A DNA stretch of 64,000 nt, from positions 28,800,067 to 28,864,066 of the forward strand of contig JASCQW010000130.1 of the NCBI GenBank assembly GCA_030264375.1, in the 5' to 3' direction. Below, in pieces: positions 13,254 through 25,530 of the stretch. Numbering within the stretch: position 1 is the stretch's first letter; the number at the start of each line of letters is the position of its first letter. A program made the translations under genes and the position numbers. The notes under the pieces are model-generated. The model was not told where the DNA came from. It did no database searches and saw only the letters and a list, made by a program, of their open reading frames with translations. Source of the stretch: Carcharhinus longimanus (lineage: Eukaryota).

Positions 13254-13535
13254 ATTTTTGTCCCTACCAGGGGATAGTCTCATACTTGCTAAAAGGAGAC
13301 TCTTGCCAGGAAAAAGTTAACAGTTAGTGGTTATGCCAGTCTATAAGAAACTCAGATGTAAATATCGGTTTAGGGTTTGCTGAAAGAAAGCCAGGGTTAA
13401 TTAAAGGCTAGGGATTGCCATAAGAAATCATGAGGCTAGGGATTTGCCGTAAGAAGTCCAAGGTATCAGTGTTAGATCAGTAATACAATTCAGTATATTA
13501 GGACTAGAGGTGGCTGCTTTAGAACTGTCTATGGA

Positions 13536-16140
13536 GTGGAATTTTCCCTGAAATTGGCAAAGTCTGATATCAGGAGCTGAAATCAATGTTTGGCCTATCG
13601 ATGGCAATGGTGGAATTTCACTCAGTATGGTATGGCTTGAGTGGCATCACTGCTCACTTTGTTACACACACCTTCACCTGCCCTGCAGATCGCACACTCA
13701 TCCTGTCTGTGACACCACTCACCACCCACACATGCCAGGCATCCTTCTCATCTGGTCTGGTAGGCATCCTGCTTACTTTTTCTCTATCTATCTTCAAACT
13801 GAGGTCAATCCAGCACACAACAAAAGGGAGATGTCCCAGACTGGTGGAGGAATGGCCAACCTCAAGGTCCTGAAAGACTTTGAAAATACAGCAAATTTGC
13901 TGGCCAATGAGAAAGTGGACCATTTGGTGAGATTGGTGGTGCTCAGTCAAGTAAGGATCCAACATTGCAATATCCATCAGACAATCATGATTTGAATGAG
14001 TTCTCCTGTTTAATAGGCATCTGCCATTCACTAATTATCTCTCCTTCCTTTTGCGGGCAGCTAAAGAGAGCCGCAAGCCAAGTCCTCAACTCCAGCCCTA
14101 AGGATACCGTGGAAGAAGAAACCACATCTCATGCTGCAACCTGGGCTTTGGTGGAGTTCACCATAGGTATCATGAAAATGAAGTTCCAGTGCCTCAACAG
14201 ATCTGGCGGAGGACTCCAGTACATTCCCCAGTAGGTCATACATCATCATCATGGCATGCTGCATGCTAAACAACCAGGTGATGCAAAGGAGGTAGAGCCT
14301 GGATGATGAGGAGATAGAAGAACTGCATGTCTCCTCTGATGATAAGGAAGCATAAGGGGATGACACTGATGAGGTCCTGGAAGATAAGGGGCAAAGAGGC
14401 CATTGTACTGGCCAACCACGTTGAAAACACATCACAGTTCTCACATCCATACCCTCCACCAGTTTAGACACAAACCTTGGTAGGATCTAGCTCTAGAGTA
14501 GCCTTGGGATCACAATCTGGTGAACACATTGCACTGTCTGATCTACAACAGGCGGAGGCCGAGACATTTGAATGTCTTGGCATTTGAGGATTGCTGAAGG
14601 CCAGGAATCTACTGAGTCAGATGAGGGTCGTGGCTCAGTCACTGGAGTTGCAAAGATATGATCCAGTACATTGGGAAAAATGTCCTCAAGTTGCAAATCA
14701 TAATGGAGGAGTCCTTCTGTCTTCAGACTGAGGTGAAGGCGCTAGCATGCCAATGCAATGAGGTCAAACATAGTAGGATGGTTGTTGCTGTAGAGATTTT
14801 GGTCCAAGACATTGGTGCTGCCCTGCAGCAGGGGTTGCATTCCATTGCTGAAGCATTTGTTGGCATCCATCTCGATCAATGCGAGAGGAGAGACAGGGTA
14901 TCTCAAGCTCACTCTAGCTGCCCTTCTTCTCAAGGAGACAGGCAGAGAGCTGTCAGACACCTATAGGGAGAAGGATCAGCAGGTGCATACCCGAGGACCA
15001 TCCACCCAGGTGACTCTGGGATTGACCAGCATATCAGAATCCCCTCTTCTTATGACTCCAACGGCTCCAGCTCCACAGGCCAGGTGGTTGGCAGTGTCAC
15101 ACAGGACCCAGAAGCAGGTTCTCCACCCTCCCGAGGATGTCCGCTAAGGTCATCACAGACAACAGGGTCAGAACCACACCTCCACCTCTGCTGTAGATGT
15201 TGTGGGATACATCATGACATAGAGCTAGGGTTAGAAAGGTCAAAAATTAGTTGCACCATGGCAAGGGTGTTAATCACTTGTATGTGTGCTCAGGGTGTGC
15301 TATTTATATGCAATGTTGACCATTATAACTATACTCCAAATAATGTCTCATCACCTATGGTTCCTTGTTCTGATGAGCACTGTTCATGGCAATCAGATAT
15401 GAAGCCTTGGTTCCTGCACAAAATGAAGGCAAGTATTGTGGTCCAGGGACTCCCCCTCTATAGAATGCAGCCTTCTGAGCATTGTGCTTGTCTGACTTCA
15501 AAGTCACTTTCCAGATCAGTGTTGTCTGCACCTCTGCGTACTGCAATAATCTCTTATCCAAGCTTCACAGGATTCAGTGATAATCTCTGTGTACCGTGAG
15601 GATGGTCTCTCTTCTCATCATCACCCCAATCTCATCAGCATTCCTGATAGGTGAAGGTGTGGTGTCGAAGCGATCTGGTGATGAAGTCTGCCACAGGATA
15701 AAATGCTGTTGAAGTCCATTTCCTCGATGTATCTCAGCATTGACTCTGTGATATGAACTCTTCACAGTGCATAAGTGTGCTGTCCTCAGCTAGATGATCC
15801 CAGAGTTATCCTCACTGCATCTCATCATCTTCCTTATGGAATATCATCACAATGAACACCTCATGAGCATGCTTGCCTTGTCAGTCAGTGCAATGGCCTC
15901 TTTGCCTGCACCCTCAGCTTCCAGGAACTCATCACCAAAGTTCAGGTTGTGGTATGAGCAACATTGTATCTTCTCTCAGCAGGAATCTGAGGTCACCAAA
16001 TGGGCATCACCAGCCACGTCTTTTGTAAATCGCCCTTGTCCCAAGGAGTCAACCCTGCATAATTCAGAGATGTCAGGGATCTGAGACACTGCTGAGAATA
16101 TATGAGACATGGGTTTCCAGGACATTTTGCACAAATCTTC
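13536..16140. mobile_element. Degenerate PIF/Harbinger transposon remnants (Myb/SANT-partner fragments and HARBI1-like transposase fragments)
   Basis: AHNKREMSQTGGGMANLKVL at ~13800-13900. HAATWALVEFTIGIMKMKFQCLNRSGGGLQY..CCMLNN at 14130-14275 is a DDE transposase C-terminus. TIR-like GAGTGGAATTTT at ~13533. Confidence 0.7.
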
Positions 16141-17409
16141 ATGATCCATTTGTTATAGTCACAGACCAGCTAACATTGCATGAATTAAGTCTTTATGGTT
16201 GACATAGAAACATAGAGGGCTACAGCACAGAAAAAGCCCTTCAGCGCATCGCATCTGCACCAGTCAAAGACAAACCACCCAACTATTTTAATCCCATTTT
16301 CTAGTTCTTGGCCCATAGCCTTATATGCCTTGGCACTGCAACTGCACATCTAAATACGTCTTAAATGTTATGACATACTGGACTGCTTTTTGCCAAAGAG
16401 ATTATAGAGCCACATAACTGCAGTTGATAGCACCCCGCACCTGTGGGAATCTGGAAACCACAGAAAATCACAATGCTCATGCTTTCTGGCTTGCATGATC
16501 TCAGTTGAAGTTAAAAAGATTGTATGCCTCGGCAAAAATGGCATCCACGACCTCCTGGGTGCATTTGTGTGTGAAGGCTTGCAAAATCCCAATCAGGCCC
16601 TGAAAGGCCCCAGTGTAGCAGTTACTTTCATTGCCGCTGGCAGTGGATGCCCCTCAAGTCCATGTGGCATCAAACTCTGCAGAAAGTGGCGCACGTGAAT
16701 GACCAGTTCGCTTGATATGTGCAGGTGTCGGTTCTTGTTCATCTACAGGTAGCAAATGCACAATCCGTACAGTTTAAAATTTATTTATTAGTCACAAGTA
16801 AGGCTTACATTAATACTGCAATGAAGTTACTGTGAAATTCCCCTAGTCGCCNNNNNCGCCTCACCGGCACCTGTTCAGGTCAATGCACCTAACCAGCACG
16901 TCGTTCAGACTATAGAGCCTGAATCTAGCAACACTCCATGAGCAAATGACAGCCCTCTGACGATCATCATCTGCCTGAAGAGGAGATCCTGCCACACTGT
17001 GATCTTTTAATGTAGATCTTTTACATTAGAGTTAATTTGAATAAGATAGAATCATCAAGATTTTGAGAGTCAAGAAACTAGAATATAGAGGCCAAGAAGA
17101 GAACACACCAGAGGTTCCAGGAGCCAAGAGAAAAACCTAGGTGTCCTGGGATCCAATGGAATGACAGTCTATCATGCCATGCCTCAATCAGTGAAATATT
17201 AAATATTAACCTTGTTAGTTTATACTGTGAATTAATAATTGTCATTTTTGCCAACAAGGTATTCCCCAATCAAAATTTTCTTACTCTAGGGTGTAGTATA
17301 AGGAAAAATTCCAACAAAACTATTAAAATAATTTGCAAAGAGATGGAGATAACATGAGAAAATAAAATTACTTTGCAAGTTGCTATGATCTGGAAGCTCT
17401 GCTGAATTG

Positions 17410-18114
17410 TGTTAAGGACCAGTCTTAAACTCCAGGTATATTCTGAAATTAGCATAGATGCCAATTATTTTTGATTTTGACATTCGTGTGAGCATAAGGA
17501 GTTTCACTTCAGATATGATTCTATTGACCCATTAGGAAGCATTTATCAAAACAAACTCTAACAATATAATTTAACTATAACAAAAAGAATTGATGTAACT
17601 TGAACAGGAGAAGATATAATTCTTAACTGCTAGTCTTTCTCGAATAGCTCCAATTTGAGCAATATTCCTCAAAGATGTAAACTCTTCAAAATCAGTTAGC
17701 AAACAACAGGCTTATGTGCTGGTATGTGGGCTACTTATCCTCAAACTTCCAGAACACCTCTAGAGAGAGATACCTATTTTCTAACAGTCTTTATATAGAG
17801 AAGAGCTGCTGCTCCTTGCAAATCCAAACAGAAACTTCCTGCTTTTCACCTTTATAAGCCTAGCTATTCTTGTCAATCACCCTAATTAAATTCTACACTG
17901 AAACTCCAGGGGACAACCAAAAAATAAACAAAACTGCATCAGCTCAGATTAAAACAAACACCCCAATATCCAGGGTCAATATGCCTCTACATTCTCAGCA
18001 AATGGATTGTCTGGAGCAGACAAATCAGCACTGTAAGCAGAGCTGAAGTTGAAAACATTCCCTTCACAAGAAATATGATATAAATATATTTCTTAAAGGC
18101 ACAGTGTCATCACA
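17410..18114 (-). mobile_element. Solo LTR of a Gypsy-type retrotransposon with 4-bp TSD
   Basis: TG...CA termini; ATTG at 17406-17409 and 18115-18118; reverse-complement similarity to 24181-24995. Confidence 0.85.
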
Positions 18115-18150
18115 ATTGGTGGTGGAAGAAAATTAAACACCATTTATAAT

Positions 18151-18282
18151 AGTAAGAAGTCTCACAACACCAGGTTAAAGTCCAACAATTTTATTTGGAA
18201 CACAAACTATCGGAGCACTGCTCCTTTGTCAGATGAGTCACTGTGCCCACCCCAGTCTAACGCCAGCATCTCCACATCATGA
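18151..18282. mobile_element. Short Penelope pLTR remnant (inverted piece with degenerate hammerhead plus forward 3' tail)
   Basis: AGAAGTCTCACAACACCAGGTTAAAGTCCAAC...CGGAGCACTGCTCC..TCAGATGAG, followed by CCCCAGTCTAACGCCAGCATCTCCACATCAT. Confidence 0.7.
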
Positions 18283-18289
18283 CCATTCA

Positions 18290-21200
18290 TCATGAGTGCA
18301 AACAGGGAAGTGCGCGCAAATCTCATGAGAGTGCAAAAATAGGAATCTTGCCAGTGAGATGTTATGATGTTATCATTTCGGTCTCTGCCAGTGATGTATC
18401 ATATTGTTCATGTCAAGGAAGGTTGAGAACCTTATTTGCACATATTATAATATCATCAGCAAGCAGTCCCACTGTAACCTTCCCCCATGTCAGTGTGGTT
18501 TAGAACATATTTTTAAAAACGTGAATCTGTCGACTTCATCTCTGAAGGGTAGGCCAGAAGTGAGTGCACAGGTTGCCACTACTCACCAGGGAGTGCATGG
18601 GGTGAGAGGGCACAGGAGAGCTCAGGGATCAGGGTGGAAAACAGATAGGAGGGAGGGATCGCAGGATCAGGGGGGTTTGTAGTTAACTGGGGGTATAATG
18701 CAGGTTGAAGAGGCCAATTCCAGAGCAGGGCATCATATTAGGGCATGCAATGCAGGATGGAGAGGTGAAAGCAGAGCATCATATTAGGCGGGAGGGGATG
18801 TACTACAGGCTAGAGAGGGAATGCCTATCTGGGGATTGCTGAAATTTGGGGAGAGTGGAGAATGGAGAGGGGAGAGGGGAGGAGGGTTGGGGCATGGAAG
18901 TTTGGGGGGTGCAGGCAGTTTTGGGGGGGCNNNNNNNNNNGCTACCATTGGCATAATTCTGAGAGAGGAGTATGTTTTGGTCCCATAAGGATGGGGAGAT
19001 GACATTTCTGATGGGAAGGCAACAAACACTACCAATTTTCACCCACCATGAGCTCAAATCCACAGTTGAAGGGCTTGTGCCAACTCAAAGGGCACTGATA
19101 CTGGGCCAGGAAGCCTGTCCACTATACAAGGCTTGTAGGAGCCACAACATTGGGAGTGTGGGGCTGCCAATGATCTGATCCAGTTAAGTTTAATATGGAG
19201 ACATGACAGCAATGGGCTTGAGGTTTGTTTAAGAATTCTACTTTGTCCATTTTACCTTGGTGTAATTCAAATCTGTAACCCCAGAGCATTGCTCTAGGTT
19301 TGTGGTTTAGCAGCTTAGTAATGTATACCACTAGATCAAAAGACAAACCCATAATCATGTGAGCTTCACCCACCACAGAAAGTTTATTTTAGACTCAAAT
19401 TTAATCATCTGCTGTGGTGAGATTTGAGCCTGGAAGCCCAGGGCATTGCTCTAGGTTTGTGGCTCATCAGTTCAGTGTCCTAGAGGTTTGCGCACAGGGC
19501 AGTCTAGTTAACCCACGGGTCTCATGCTTCGGCTTCTGTGAGACCTGAGGGCTGAAGAGGGTCTCCAAATTAGACCCTCATCTGTCATCCTGACTTGGGA
19601 GAGACTTGTGTGCTGTCTTGGCCAGTGTGCAAGACTGTAAGGGAGTAGAGCTCAGCAAGAAAGCAAGCACAGCAGTCACTGACTATTGGTAGAATTGGCC
19701 TAGGGTTGGATATGCAATTGGTCAGGGTATTGGACAGGACTCCTTGATGGTCACTAATTCCCTTCCATCCCTTTCAGTTACTACAGATACATACATGGAG
19801 CCAGTTGAGTCGGCAGTGTCAACATACAGCTTCCCGGAGAGAAGAGCAGAGCTCTCAGGAGAAAGTGGTGGCTGGGGCTGCTCAGCTGCCAGAGTCGAGG
19901 CCACTGAGAGTGGTCGTTTGGAGGCAACATCATTGGTCCAGAGCTTTTGGACAGTGGCTAACATTCTTAGGGATGACAGAGAACCAGTGTAGGAGGAGAA
20001 TCCAAATGTTCAGGGACATGGTCACTCATCTTTGCCAGGTTATTCAAGAGTTGGTGCCACATGGACCTGGAGGCCACCCGCTGCTTGTCACCCTGAAGGC
20101 CAGAGCCATTCCAAATTTCTCTGCCTGTGGCTCCTATCAGGGTTCTACCAGTGGCCTTTGTGGCAACTCCCAGATCTTTGCACATTAGTAGATTATGGAG
20201 GTCATGGATGTGCTCTTTGATGGTGCATCACTACATGAATTTTGACTAGGACCAGGCTAGCCAGGAGGCCTGTGGGGTTTGCCTAGACAGTTGATTTTCC
20301 ACAGGTGCAAGGAAACATTGATTGTACACACATGGGCTCTGTTCCCCACAGCATCAAAGCCTCCCCTTCATTAACTGTTCGGGCTTCCAACTCCCTAAAT
20401 GTCCAGATTGTCTGCGACCATGCCAAGTGCATTCTGCAGGTGTGTGCTAGGTTCCAGGTGAGCGTACACAAGTTACATCTTTGGCCGTTCTCAGATACCA
20501 GAGGTATTTGAGGGAGCACATTGGCTATAAGGTTGGCTCCTTGGAGACAAGGGATGCCTCCCCACAATATGGTTGATGACACCTGTGCGAAGGCTACAGA
20601 ATGTAGCAGAGACCCGTTACAATGAAGTTCATGCTGCTACTCATGCTTTAGTTCAGTAGATGATCGGCATCTTGAGGATATAGTTCTGGTGCCTGGACTG
20701 GTCAGGTAATGCCCTCTGGTGTAACTCCCTGACAGCTTAGTATATCATTGTAGTGTGTTGCTCTTCCCACAACCTGGCACTGCAACAAGGCATGGATCTT
20801 TCTGAGGGAGAGATGGCTGGATGACACATCTCCTGTGATGAAGAAAACATTAAGGAGGGTGCTGAGTGGGGACCCCTGGAGGAGGAAGAAGAAGATTGTC
20901 AGGCAATGAATGATCTTCTCCCCATTCAGGCCATCATCATTGCCTGACAATCTTCAAGATCTTGGGATACCCTGATAGCCTTCCCACTTCATGGGTGACC
21001 AGGACACTGGTGGGCACTGACAGTTTATCATGGGAGATGGCCCTTCCTGATCGGTTGGTGACAGGGTGCCCCCAACTCTGATATTGCTCCTGGCATGGGA
21101 AGGGTGGTGTTGCTTGTGGTTCATATTATGCATGAAGATGATTATGACTTGCAGTGAGGACGAAGCATGGGTCCTCAAAGAATGACTGCAAACGTCTGTC

Positions 21201-23282
21201 TCCTGTCTGGCTAAAGGCAGCTTGTGAACTCCCAGTGAGCAGAGTAATATCAGGGTGATGATGCATGGACATTCACCTCTCCTGAAGTAGGCTATTCCTT
21301 ATTTAGAGTTGCCTCTGAGGATCTGTGTCATTGTTGCGAGAGGAACAGCTCTCACACAGGTCTAGCTGCTGGGTTCCTTATGCTGAGATCAATTTCCCCA
21401 AACAGCTGGGTTGAGTGATGAAGTTGACCATTGAAGTGGGGGGGGACTCCTTGTGGCTAAGGTGATAGTGGCATGACTGTGTCCTGTCAGGGCATGCCAA
21501 CCAGTAGACTGACATTGTTGCAGGTGTGAGATGGAGGTCAGCACCCAGCCTTTAAATGTTTGATGCACATCACTGTTCATGCAGCAGGTTAGGGAGCAAT
21601 GGAATGAGAGCAGGGAAACAGTAAAAGGGTGCAAGAACTTGGATTTAATACATTATAGAAAAGTTCACATTCTAATATAAGTGCTTGCTTTGTTCAAGTG
21701 GGTAACAACACCATTGGCCACACTATGCAACTATAACTTCTTTGTCCTGCTACCATGTCTTGACATATCCCCAGGATCCATAGCTGAGGTGGAGGCACCT
21801 GCTATCTGCCATACCCTGTTGGCTAAGATGACTTTGGTGGCCTTCCTTTGGAGGTCCAGCCTGCTTTTGGGCAGCACGCACGTAGTGGCGCCAACTTCCT
21901 TGATGAGTGAGGCTGCAGCTATGTGTGTCACAGGAACAGGGGAGTCAGCTGGACTGGACATCCCCAGGGTCTTCTGAGTGGAAGGTCCCAGGTTATGCAC
22001 CAACTGATCCTGCGGCCTATAGGTGCTCAGGAACACCTGAGTTCCTTCTTGAGATAGAAGGGCAGCTGAAGTGAGTTCTGGTACTGGCACTCGTGAATGC
22101 CTGCAAGTGCCTGAACCATAAAGTTAACATCTGCCGCCATGGAGTGAACATCCTGCACCAAGGTCTCCACTGTGGCCTCCCTTGCAATATTGACTTGGTT
22201 GCCTCAGACTGATGGCCTGATTTTCTCAAGCAGAAGGTGATGGGACTCCTCCAGTGGACACCTAATGTTCCTGACTTTGCTTTTATAGCTCCAGGAGCTG
22301 AGGGACAACTAGATCCAAGGGCATATCATCTGACTGGAGCTCTGCAGAGTCCTGGGCTCCAGAAATCCTCTGAGCGCCAGATCTCAGGGATGTCCCTATT
22401 TCCACCTGCGAACATCAGAAGCGAGATGCTGACCAGTGAGCAACTCAGAAGCCTGTCCACTATTAATTTCCATTGTAGAGTGAGTCTTAGCGTTGGTGAA
22501 CGGTACGAGTGACAGCTGTGGGCCTCTACAATGGGAACGTTTGAGAATTTGTCAGAGCTGCTCACCAGGCTGGTCCAAGGTTACACTTGTGGATGGACAA
22601 GGCTACCCAGCTGATTTTCCTGTGAGGGAAGGGAGATGACATCAGTGCAGGGCAGGGGCATAAGGAGAGAAGAGAGATAACTCACTTAAAGCTGGACAAA
22701 TGAATGATTGTGCAGTGGGTCCTCACTTTTTTCTCTTGCACCCACCTTGCTCTTCTTTCAGAAAGAAAGCTCATGGACTCTCTCTTTGAACGGCGAGAGG
22801 ATTTGAGTTTGGACATGCACCTACTTGCCAATCTATGCTCTCTCTTTTTTATTGTGAGACAGCTTGTCTTGCAAGGAAGCAGATGGGGAGAGTGTGAACA
22901 GGACATTTGCCAGGTCAGATGATAAGGATGCATGGCATGTGTGGCTGGTGAGTGGGAGCTGGGATGTAATGAGGAGAGGAGCTGCAGGGCAGACGACAGG
23001 ACGTGTGGGAGGGCAAGTTCTGGGACCTCATGAGGTGAAGTGAAGAAGTTCCCATTGGATGTGTGATGGGTGTGCAAATAGATGAGTGTTGCCAAATAAG
23101 AAAAGTGACCCAGTTCCATGGAGCAAGTTATTCGTCTTCTTCCGCACTAGAATGCAACATAAAACTCATACAATTTTGTTTTCAAAAGTGTCTAAAAATG
23201 CAGTGAACAAGTTGCAGTTAACTACTCGCTGTTTTTCTTGCCCAAAATGACACTTAATCAAAAAATGAGAAAATTTAGCCCC
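18290..23282. mobile_element. Degenerate PIF/Harbinger transposon with convergent transposase (+, ~19970-20900) and Myb/SANT-like gene (-, ~21730-23150)
   Basis: Transposase motifs QCRRRIQM, FSACGSYQ, FPQVQGNIDCTH, SLNVQIVCDH..ILQVCARF. Minus-strand RKKTNNLL and DKLSHNKKERA. TIR-like GAAAATTTAGCCC at ~23269-23281. Many stops and frameshifts. Confidence 0.8.
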
Positions 23283-24180
23283 AGGACTCTAGCACACAGG
23301 TGAGCAGAGTTCCATTCCACACATATTTTGGTTACTTGTGGTGAATGAATTGATGAATAGCTGCATCAATTGTTAACACATGATTCTCCTTCATTGATGG
23401 GATGGCAGATTTGATGCAGCTGTGCCCCATTCATTATCGCCTTCGCTCTCCAAGCCTCTACTGCTACCTTCCACTAGTTAGCTTTTCATACTTTGACATG
23501 AGGCAATTGAGTTGTGCCTTTCCCTTTCAAAGCACAAAATTAGAAATCTGGTTTGCTGTTGTTTCCTGCGCAATGGGGTCTGTGTCCTATGTAACTGACC
23601 TGGACCCAGTCCACTGCAGTGACACCACAAATGAGTATGGAGCCCAAGAAGGAGTCCCGGAGCCCAGCTTAGTGGGCCTCCCACATTTTATCATACCCCT
23701 CCTAGATATAGCTGATCTTACTTTCGAATTTGGAAAATGCCATTTTACCTGTGTGTCAGGATGGTGGTACTATACTCGTATTACTAAATGGAACTGTACC
23801 TCCCCCCTCACTATCCATATACCTAGAGCCTCACAACGTGCATGTAGAGATACTACCTGTTATTCTCCAGCCTCTCCCTAATATTGGACCCTGTTGTTTT
23901 GGTGATGGACTTTGCCACACTCCCCCTGAGCCCATCAGCTGCAAAGTGCTCATGCCACATATGGAGCTGTACGCACCTCATTTGAACCACCATTTACTGA
24001 GGTTTCCCACTCCCATGACAGCTATACATACCACCACCTCCTCCCACCAACTCCTACCCCAGTTTGTGTTCATCATATCCCTGCAGCCTAGTACCGAACC
24101 TAGCACATCCAAGGACATCAACTGTAGGACAATCCTGCACACTGCCTGTACATCGTTTTCTTTGAAGCACACAGCCTTTA

Positions 24181-25530
24181 AGATACTGTGCCTTTAAGAA
24201 ACATTTTTTGTGCAGGATCTATTTTAACAGCCTGTTCTAATCTGTGTCGCTTGGACTGTATCTGGTAGCTTGTGTTGTTACTGCAGCAGCATGATGGCTA
24301 GAATGTTTGTTTTGATCTGGACTATTCCGGTTGTTGTTTTTAGTGTTCCCCTTGGGCTCTGCAGAGTAGGTCTTGATTAGGGTGATTGACAGGTATGGTC
24401 ATGTGACTTGGTGCAGCTAGACTTATACAGAGAAGTCAAGTTTGGTTGCTGTTTGAAAGCTGCAGAGAGAGGTAGCCTTTTCTTTCTGTTATCTGGAGAC
24501 TGGGATCTGCTAGGGACTAGGTTTATTTCCCTGATGCTCTGCTCTTTGAGGACATATCTTTCTGAAATTTTGTTGTATGAGAGTCAGAAGGCAGTGTCTG
24601 TGCAGAGGTGTTAAAAGGTTGGAAATCTAACATCCGCATACGTATATCTGGTTTTGGTGCTAGTTCTGAAGAAGAGGTTTATGTATTAGAGGTTTATGTG
24701 TTTATATAAGAAAAAGGGGATGCTGCTAAGTTGGAACAATAGAGATTGATAGCTATTAAGAATTATAATTTGTCATATTTATATTAACTAGTAAAAGTTA
24801 TGTTAATTCTTTTTGTTATATTTTAATTGTGTTCTTAAATAAAGGTTGTTTTGATAAAACCTTCCTAGTGGGTCAATTGCATCATACCTGGAGCAAAACA
24901 CCTGATGCCTACCCTAATGTCAAAATCAAAAGTAAAAGTCAGGGTCTAGACTAATTTCATAATATGCCTTGGAGTTTCTGATCTGGTCCCTAACAAATTT
25001 CAGGCTCTTTATGGGATTAAAATCTATATTTTTTGTTTGGTTTAGGATTATTGGAGTCCTGTCAGTGAGCGATGAGTATTGGTGTTTTCTTTCCAGGTAT
25101 GGCATTCAATTGGTTTAAAAAAGGAGTGCGTTATGGAATAATGGCTTTTTCAGGGCTGAAAGTTTCTTGAGTGTGGAAGAAGTCACTTGGGGTGGTTCAC
25201 AAAAGGTGGTTAAAGCAAAGCTCTTGGAATTGGTAAACAAGCTGCAGTTGACATTACCTGAAGAGGCAAGGAAGGTGAAGGTAATTGCATTTGAAATTGA
25301 CATCAACCCAGTCAGAATCATTGAAAATGGTTAAAATTCAATTGCAAATGAAACACTTTGAATTAGAGTCAAAAGAATGAGAGAGACAGTACCAAAAGCA
25401 AACGAGAGGGGCACAATTGCAGCAGACCAAAGAGCAAAATAATTGAAACTGCGTGAATTATAGGCAATGGAAAAAGGGAAAGAATAACCCTGACAGAACA
25501 AAAAGCAAAATAAAGGAAGACAAAAGGAGA
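24181..25530 (+). mobile_element. Gypsy-type LTR (24181-24995) followed by degenerate PBS and start of gag
   Basis: LTR ends CCCTAACA. The following GGCTCTTTATGGGATT resembles a decayed tRNA-Pro PBS. From ~25142, AESFLSVEEVTWGGSQKVVKAKLLELVNKLQL is a gag-like N-terminus. Confidence 0.65.

Noticed and set aside
19970-20900. Domesticated HARBI1 gene
   Set aside because: Multiple stops and frameshifts, and it lies in a transposon context.
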